A stretch of DNA of 64,000 nt from Lingula anatina (lineage: Eukaryota > Animalia > Brachiopoda): positions 22,134,001 through 22,198,000 of the forward strand of contig CM120646.1 of the NCBI GenBank assembly GCA_051362555.1, written 5' to 3'. How positions within the stretch are numbered: the stretch's first letter is position 1; the number at the start of each line of letters is the position of its first letter. The notes under the pieces are model-generated. The model saw only the letters and a program-made list of their open reading frames with translations, was not told where the DNA came from and did not search any database. Both the position numbers and the translations under genes were made by a program. Positions 55,601-64,000 of the stretch are shown in pieces.

Positions 55601-58600
55601 ACTATATATCTGGTAAGTGAAAAAATATTACAAAATATGTCTAAGACATAAATATATAATACATTTCGGTCTTGTGTGTACATGTATGCCTACAATGTAC
55701 TGTGTCGGGAAAATATGCTTACCCGTGCTATTGCAGCTTTGACGTGGCCCAGTACGGTGAATCCTCCTCACTTCCATCAGATGTTCAACCGCCGCAAATA
55801 TGGTAAAGATGGACCACTATAGATTAGTATTAGTTTGTTGTTTTCATTATTATTGACTTATAGTACTTTTTTTTAAAAATAATTTCAGATAAGCCAGCAG
55901 TCACAGTAACAGTTGAGGGTAATCCGGTGACAGTGGCCGAAGGGGATGACGTCACGTTACAATGTGATGCACGTGGCAATCCTCCTGTATATACCGATTA
56001 TAAGTGGACATATATTACATTTGGTAGTCCTGAGTCTCAAGTAGTGTCAACTGGGAGAGAGTTGGTGTTGTCACGTGTCACATATCTAGACAACGGCGAA
56101 TACGTTTGCAGTGTTAGAAACAGCGTAGGACAAGGGTTGGGAAGGAAGAAGTTGGACGTATTGTGTAGGTAGACATCATAATTGGATATGATATCGGACA
56201 ATCAAATATTACTGGAGTATATAGTATCCTTATGTGCTACGAGTACATTTAAAAAGCAATGTGAATATAATTTGACAGTAAACGTGGGTTCAATATAAAT
56301 GCATTTTTGAATAAAATGTTAAACAGTTAGATATCAGCGATTATTTGATAAAACTAATTTCAGATTCACCAAGGATCGCGGTGGAATCACGCATAGCTGC
56401 TGCATCTATCGGCGAACCAGCCACATTGTCGATCTCGGTAACGGCAAACCCAGCCAATGCTTCGTTTACCTGGCAGAAGAGAGACGGTGATAAGAGGGTG
56501 TCTGTTGTCTCCGGTATTGTCCTTACTGATCCAAGTTCATTGGAAAGTAAGCTGTTTATTCCCAGTGTACAAGGAAGTGATTACGGCCAGTATGTGTGTG
56601 CAGTTTCACACACAGTGGCTAGACGGGAATTTACTTTTGACATTAGACCAAAAGGTACATGAAAATAATTCTTTGACAATGTCAGTCATATCTAAGCGTG
56701 TTGTTTGGAATCCGTAAAACGATACAAATGAAAATATTGGCATATTGATTTTCTTTGATTCATTTTTTTGGCATTAGAGAATCCAACCAGCACAAGTTCG
56801 CTTTTTTTTTTAATCTAACCATAACATGTTCGTTTTTAATCCGCATGATCATTTTTCACACGCTGTGCTCGATATCCCGAACGCATGACACTTTACCTTT
56901 TACTTAACGTCAGGACCTCCAGAAAGACCTACAGATTTCAGAATATCGAGCTGGACATCGGTATCAGTCACATTAACCTGGGTGTCCGGGTTTAACGGAG
57001 GCAGTAATCAGTCATTTCACATCCAGTACAAGGAGACGTCTAGAACTCGGTGGCAAAAGGATGATCAACTCGTCTTCCCTGATCCTGGTTACATGAAGAC
57101 ATCCAAGGCAAAAGTAACCGACCTCAACCCAACCACGTCGTATGACTTTCGTTTGGTTTCTATCAACAATCACCCGTCCACCAACAGCAGTGGCTTTACT
57201 GGTGCTTTTACACAGAAAACAAAAGGTAGTTTTTGTTGTTTAAACGTTCTCCAAAAACAACAATGTGGCTTCGGATAATTTCAGAAACAGTGCCTAATTT
57301 CGCTATGATCCACGCATTAAACTTTCACGTGATTTATGGGTCATTACTCACATCTATCAAACTTTGAGGCAATTAAGAGTGTACGTTTACTGCTACGTAT
57401 TGAAGAAGTTGTAAAATAAAACATTGAAGCATACATGCAAATATACTTAGTTTTAACTTATTATTAAAATAATTAAGCAATGCGTCGTATATTCCATGAA
57501 ATAATGACTACTTCTTTCAGCTAGACCCAGCGTCCCAGACGATAAATTATCCGTCTCCATCATGCACACTGTGGCCACTGTTGATTGGACAATATCAAGT
57601 GGAATCGAGGACATCACCAGCTACGTGGTTAAATACTGTGAGAGGGACACCGTGGTTTGTAACAGGCAGAGGGTGACAAACCGCACCGCTACCTCCGCCG
57701 TCATAACCCTAGATGAAGGATTCCAGGACTACACGTTCTCACTGCTGGTTTATGAAGAAGATGACCTGGTTAAGGTTTTAGATCAACCCACATCAGGTGA
57801 GAATGGGTTAAAACATCAGCTTACCAAACCAAACTATTTACCCCACATTAAGTGCACGTACTATATAGTCACCTTTATAATAAAGTGAATTTAACTTAAC
57901 CTTTGCCGTCTTATTCAGGAAGATATGCATATGCTATATATGTGACTGCATTGTATTTTCCGAAAGCGATATGTAAGCCATAACCATTTGTATAATTACA
58001 TGTTGAATAACCCGTTATATATGAATGTGTAGGCCGATGCATTATCTACAGTTCTGTGCTTATAGTATCTAATGACTGTTATTTACCCAAATATTTGTAT
58101 CATTTTTACAGATCCAGTCGAAAACCAAGTAGGCATGATAGCTGGTGTCGTTGTTGCTGTTCTCGTGCTTCTTATATTGGCTATCATAACAACGGTGGTA
58201 GCGAGTCGCATTCGAAGGAAGAAAAGTGGAAGAGGTAGGACGCTTTTGTATTTATTATTCAGTGACAAATAATAAGTACACATTATAGTTTTAATAGAAG
58301 TGACACATAGCATTACACATGTTAGTGTAAGCAGGAGTGACTATTTGTAATACGCAATGTGGCGACTTAGTTCAGAATAAGAATTAAAAAAAAAACATGG
58401 AGCTTATATCAAAATAAAGAGAATGGTTAATCACCCAGTACAAAGTACAACTTGATACACCTGAATTATTCTTAACATTTAGATGTACCTGATCGACAGT
58501 CACCAGCGAGAAGTGGGATAACTGAGATGAAGGACCTTAACAGACAAACCCAAGTGGTGAGTTGTATTTATCTGAACTTCATTGTTTGAAAACAAGGTTT

Positions 58601-58801
58601 TATAAGGAAGTATGATTCTTTTATTTCTTTTTCGAGTTTTCGCTCCTATATAACTGGTGGTATATGGATAATAACTTTGTTTGCCAATGTTTCTATTTTT
58701 TTCAGAGTTCGACCGAAACAAGTGTGTATGATGTTCTTGACCAGCAAGGCCGTGAAACAGCAATCTATACTGACCTGCAACCCCATAGTGAAATGCGATA
58801 A
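52622..58801 (+). CDS. Gene C: kinase-less type I membrane IgSF receptor (SP-V-Ig-C2-I-I-FN3-FN3-TM-ITAM-like tail)
   Basis: Exons 52622-52694 (leader), 53282-53659 (V), 53962-54228, 55020-55307, 55889-56164, 56364-56654, 56914-57225, 57521-57796, 58112-58234 (TM), 58483-58556, 58706-58801 (SSTETSVYDVLDQQGRETAIYTDLQPHSEMR*); all GT-AG and in frame. Confidence 0.9.
52932..53177. repeat. Foldback inverted repeat (~85 bp arms) in the gene C leader intron
   Basis: 52932-53019 is the near-perfect reverse complement of 53096-53177. Confidence 0.9.
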
Positions 58802-60405
58802 GTCGCCGAGGATTTGATACTGTATGTAGCTACGGTGCATCGCGATCATTCTTCAAATGTGCGACCATAGCCAGTGTTCTGTTTCATATCCTCCAGACAT
58901 CACCATGAACATAAAGGATATGTACAATTAAATGTGTTATTCATAGATCCAGTATAATGTAAGACTTGGGCTTTAAAATATAGGTGGCACAAGGAAACAG
59001 CACGCCCCAGCGCGTAGTACATGTAGGCATTTATCGTGCACGTGGGGGTCACACGCGCTATTGATATCAATAACTGTATGTAAGTCGCTTTAGAGATACG
59101 TGTATGGATTGACGAAATTAGTTGTACATGTACCTCTCTTTGAGGAATTATATGCATTTTTTTTATTTTAATAGATTAATTCTGTTTCCAAAAGAGCTTA
59201 TTTACAGGGCCCGGGGGTATATTGAAAATTTATTTTGCATTTATAGCAATTAAACATTTTGTATCTGCGATGATACAGCAGCTGATAATTAAAGAACATT
59301 TGATGTTTGTAACAACCCTTGGGTTTTATAAGGTGTACACAACCGTTTGAGCAATGTGTCTTATGTGACTTGATTACCCCTTGTTTTCGATAATGAGATT
59401 TTTGGCAAACTGTACAAAATGAATCGAAGGAAATTAGTTTGGAATAAGCACTAGTCTAATACGATTTTAATTGCCTCGCAATTGAAGCATATTTTTGATT
59501 TAGCTCCCAACAAATAATACTAAAGGCAAAGGAATATAGTTAACACATGTGGTGAATCAAATCACAAGTGATATGTTCTATTAGAGTTAACTATGTCGAT
59601 CAAAGTGCATTTTCACGCCATAGAGAATATGAACTTTTCCGTCATTCGAAATCGTGCTCGGTAGGTTCTTCCAGCAAAGAGTTTTATGCAATTTATATAT
59701 ATAATTACGAATACGCTAGGACCACTGTATGCTAATGAAGTGTCTTTGAATGAGCAATGAAGTGACGCGTTACTTCGATCACAATGTTTATGTAATATTT
59801 AATACTAATTACTCACTGATATATCTAAAGGTTTAACAGTATGATTCAGCATAAATAATAATATTGTGAAGTCCATGTCTCACGGTGACCGATCATTGCG
59901 TTAGCTGACACAGACTGCAACGACCACAACTATCACATCACAGTATATTCCATTAGTGTCACTGCCCAGTACAAATTCGGTATCCTCTTTTATTTCACTC
60001 GGCACATTTAAGGTTAAGGTAAACAATGGCCTGCTACAGTTTTTGGTCCTTCTGTGAACGGTCAAGTTCCTTCTTAACACGAATTCATGCACGTTTTCAT
60101 TTTATACATCAAATATTAAATAAGACTCGTCATGCTAAATATGATGATGTAATGAGTCTGTAAAATCTGGAATTTTCGCGAGTGTTATTAAAAAAGAAAA
60201 TCCAGGCAGTGTACTGTAAGTATCACACCAAGTCCACCGTTGCCGTGGTTGGCTACAGGACATAAGTGAATAAATAGGCCCTATGTGTGCCGTTCAGACA
60301 ATCAAAGCAAGTGTCTCGTCTACCTTTCCCCAGCTATTGGGTTGATGTGCGAGCCAGAAATGGATTGGACATAAGATCCCTTGGCTTTCATCTGTATGTT
60401 TCAAG

Positions 60406-61336
60406 TTTACCTATGATAACCACAGGGTACCTGTGAAACGGAGATCTACAGACATATTTACGGAATGATCGCTCACATAACAGAATAGTTTAATTTTACA
60501 TGGCAAAGGTATGTCTTTGACATCATATGTGAAAGTATGTACTTAGACATGCATGTCTTAATCTTTGAGACAAGCATACATGTATGAATACACTAAACTT
60601 CTTTTGTTAATATATTATTTTCTAAGATTCAGTATTGTTGGTCATTTACTACAGTAAATTATGCGAAATAAGACATCAGTGACCCGCAGACATAAATAAA
60701 AAAAATGTTTGAATATTCCAAATAAATGAAAACGCACACTACAGTGCATAGACTTGACGCACGCTTATTCGAAGACAATATCTTCAGATTCCCAAAAGAT
60801 ATCTAGGCCTATCCAGACACGGCACGGAAGGACCCAAAATACACCGTAGGTCGGATCACGTTACCGGTTTCCAAGGTGTGTATCAGTACGTGCTTCGAAG
60901 TAGCAAAGGCGGCATCCCCGTATCACGTTAACATATTGCGTACCAAGCAAGAGGGTGACGCGACAAGACGTGCAAGATTTCAGATTTCGACCAAGGACTG
61001 GTTTGAAAGCCACCAGTATAAGAGAAAGTCACAAGTACTAAGGGTTTGATTTTTAGAACTATTCTAAATATTTAAAATTTTCTTTTCATTAAACTGTTCA
61101 GCGCCACTGGTTGTAAATTATAAAGCGTAAATACCCCACAAAAAACTAAAATGTTAGTAGTTCGCATTTGGGAAACACGTCAACTACTACACATGTTGTC
61201 TAATACTACATTTTTTCATACAAGGGCCGTTATCCAATCCGCTGGATGTCTCCAGAAGCTCTGTATGATAACATGCATTCCACACAGTGTGATGTCTGGG
61301 TGTATGGTGTACTGATGAGGGCGATTTTCACATTCG
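60406..61336 (+). pseudogene. Decayed tyrosine kinase exons homologous to the gene A kinase
   Basis: ~60406-60508 PMITTGYL*NGDLQTYLRNDRS (cf. PLIITEYFPNGNLLEFLRKDGS); ~60962-61033 DKTCKISDF-frameshift-KDWFESHQYKRKSQ; 61225-61336 [37 protein letters not shown]. Confidence 0.85.
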
Positions 61337-62955
61337 GTAGAGTATTTATGTTTTTCATGCCGATATATAAATATCATTCTCGTACATTGCTATTATTTGA
61401 AGTTTTAACAGAATATTACTGTGCTTGGGGAGATCATGCTTCTGTGGGCACGCTTGTCGTATAGTTTGCAGCAATATTGCAACAAACTTTTCATTTTGCT
61501 GAGGGACATCACTTTGAGGGGCATTCTCAGGTCAATCCCTTGGGGCCAATGGTGAGAAGAAGCATACATCCATTCTCCAAGCAGTCGAAAAAGGGATTGG
61601 TCCAAAGAGTTTGAATAATGAAATTCGGCTTATAAAATGCATAATGCAGAAGGATAGAGTTATTATAAGACAAATGATTCGAAATAATAATTGCATATTA
61701 ATGAAACATTACCAAAAAAGATAAAGTCAATGAATGGACGAGGAATTTGGGGAATTGCTCCTAGACTCTACCCTCTGATAAATATCTTTCAAGTTAACCA
61801 CATGACGCAGTAAGAAGTGCAATGTTTGGTTTCATATAAAATTATTTTCAAATGACTTTGATAAACATCACGGGAAACGCATCTGGGGTGCTCATACTTA
61901 TATGTACCGGTATGTCACCATACAACCACTTGCATATATATTGGATGCTAAAAAAGAGGAAAAATGTTTAAATCAGCTTCCAATTCACAATCCTCTGCCT
62001 TACTTTGTGTGGAATAAGTGAATGTGTTGACCTAAGCTCTATTTTTATACCGATGCATACGACTGTACTATTTGTCACTGAGGTCAGGTCAAGCAACGCG
62101 ACAACAGCCAGGATGAGGAAGTAGGTGACAGCAAGGGATTTTTAAATTACAAGTAGTTTCATGAAAGGAGTACGTCTATATATATGTGATATAACGAGAA
62201 TATCATCTTCAAGTATTGTTCTCGATGAATAATCGACCGGCCTAAGTAGTAGAATTCATGCCTAACTTTTCGTTATTTGTGTCTTGTTTTCAACAGGTAA
62301 GGCTTACATTACGTTCAGTTCGTTCATAAAATACGACATGAATATGGAAGCACATTGTACGTATGCATATTTTGATATTAACATAAGCTTTTGTTTGTAA
62401 ATGCATGTATCCGTAATTACCACCATTTTCACTAGTTTAATTTAGCATTTGGTGGGATATTTGATTAAGACTTAGTAATACATTTGTACAGGGGGTGACA
62501 TTCTCTATAACTGTTGTAACCTTTGTATCAGGCGTGTTTATTCCGATCGTGGGCTTCTTTCTTACGTATACCCCTAAGTCAAGTTGATAAAATTTTGTGG
62601 TTTTGCCAATGGACGGTGATTCTTTTACTGTGTACTTAAATGCTGCCTTAAACATGTAACGCCCTGTGCATCTATTGTAGTTGTCATCAAAGTGCAGATA
62701 AGAAAATTGAAAATGTAATTGGGAAAGTTTATAACGGTCATAACAGTCAGATGGAATAATGGAGAGGTGCATACGTTCTGAAAAATATTTAAGTTGATTA
62801 GATTCATCAACACAGCAGAGATCACGATTAGAAGGAACCTTGCTAACAGGTGCGTGTACTCCTAAGTGAAATTATTATTAATTTTGATAATGACGAATAT
62901 TGTTCGAACATTGGATTGTACACTATAATATATTTTCTTCTTTATTTAGAATGAG

Positions 62956-64000
62956 ATGGCGAAGATCTACAAATATATTGTAGAGAAACTGGGGTTTTTA
63001 TGGATATTTAACATTGCTAGCGTAACAGGTAAAAATAAAGAAAATGTAAAATTGTTTCTAAAAATGTTACTCACCTGTGAGAATGCATGTATTTCATCTG
63101 AGAGCAATCAAAACTAACATTTCATTAACGTTTTTCCTTTCAAATGATAATTATAATATACTGATATGTGCATCAGCAAAAAGACATTGCAATTAAATGG
63201 CGTTTGGTATAGTAGACCTAATAATTCAATTTGTAGATATGTTGTAATTCATTACACGAATAAAAAATATTTTTAGTATAAACTCAGACAAAGTATTAGA
63301 GGAGGAAGCGCTCATTTTGTTTATTTCACATTTTTCATTGTGTATTGTGGTACAGACAATCATTAGATCGATGATGCTATACTGGTAAAGTCGCTCCCCT
63401 TGCTTTCAATTAACAAATACATGTGTACAGATTGTAAAAGCTAAAAACACGTTTTGCTACACTGGATTAGACGAAACAGGAATAGTCCTGTGTCCGTAGT
63501 ATAAGTTTAAGGGAGAAGAAACGTCTGAATGTCTTCGGATACAGATGACTGGTTATAAGCAGTACAACTTTTATCTTAATGTATTGACACGTGTATGTAA
63601 GGCAAAACTCCCTGGGGAAAATAAATCGTCCTATGTTTTCGTACCTAGAATAAATTTATTAATTCAATAGTAAATACGTGTACCCTGTATTATAACCGTA
63701 TTCTTTTCCAGCTTCCTTGCCTAGTTGTGATGACGCCATTAGTGTTACTCTACCTTCGTCTTACTCTGTACGCACGGGACAGAGTGTCACACTGCAGTGT
63801 ACATTTACTCCTCATGCAGCCCAGTACCAAGTGAAGTGGTCGTGGAATTCAGAGGAGTATGAACTAGTTGTAGGCAACTTAACTGGTTCACCTGCAGTAC
63901 GCCCCAATGGTGTTCTACAGCCAGCGTGGAATGGAAGGTTGTCATTCCAGTCTCCAGCCTCACTTGTTATCAGTGGTGTCACTACAGCAGATACTGGGAC
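62956..64000 (+). CDS. Gene D (5' part): IgSF receptor paralog of gene C, leader exon plus V-set exon, truncated by the window edge
   Basis: Leader 62956-63028 MAKIYKYIVEKLGFLWIFNIASVT (73 nt, same length as in C); V exon from 63712 SLPSCDDAISVTLPSSYSVRTGQSVTLQCTFTPHAAQYQVKWSWNSEEYELVVGNLTGSPAVRPNGVLQPAWNGRLSFQSPASLVISGVTTADTG. Confidence 0.88.

Overview
Eukaryotic, AT-rich, intron-containing animal DNA, probably from a marine invertebrate; the species cannot be determined from the sequence. The window holds a + strand tandem cluster of related immunoglobulin-superfamily receptor genes with nephrin/Sidestep-like ectodomains (V-set, C2/I-set Ig, two FN3, TM). Gene A is a very large receptor tyrosine kinase with at least 11 Ig exons from 17970 (kinase stop at 34684), preceded by a ~1.72 kb tandem array of V+C2 exon cassettes that runs off the 5' edge. 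Genes B (43626-49882) and C (52622-58801) are complete kinase-less paralogs with short tails carrying paired tyrosine (ITAM/ITIM-like) motifs. Decayed kinase exons lie just downstream of C, and gene D starts at 62956 and runs off the 3' edge. Two tandem SCP/aequorin-fold EF-hand genes with signal-peptide exons sit between A and B. Introns contain Sola3-like, Tc1 (DD34E), Harbinger-like and piggyBac-like DNA elements. The most interesting signal is a candidate diversifying paired-receptor (immune or allorecognition-like) system: variable V domains are swapped, converted and duplicated onto shared stalks with kinase or kinase-less signalling ends. All exon models were built by hand from GT/AG signals and reading frame, with no transcript support.
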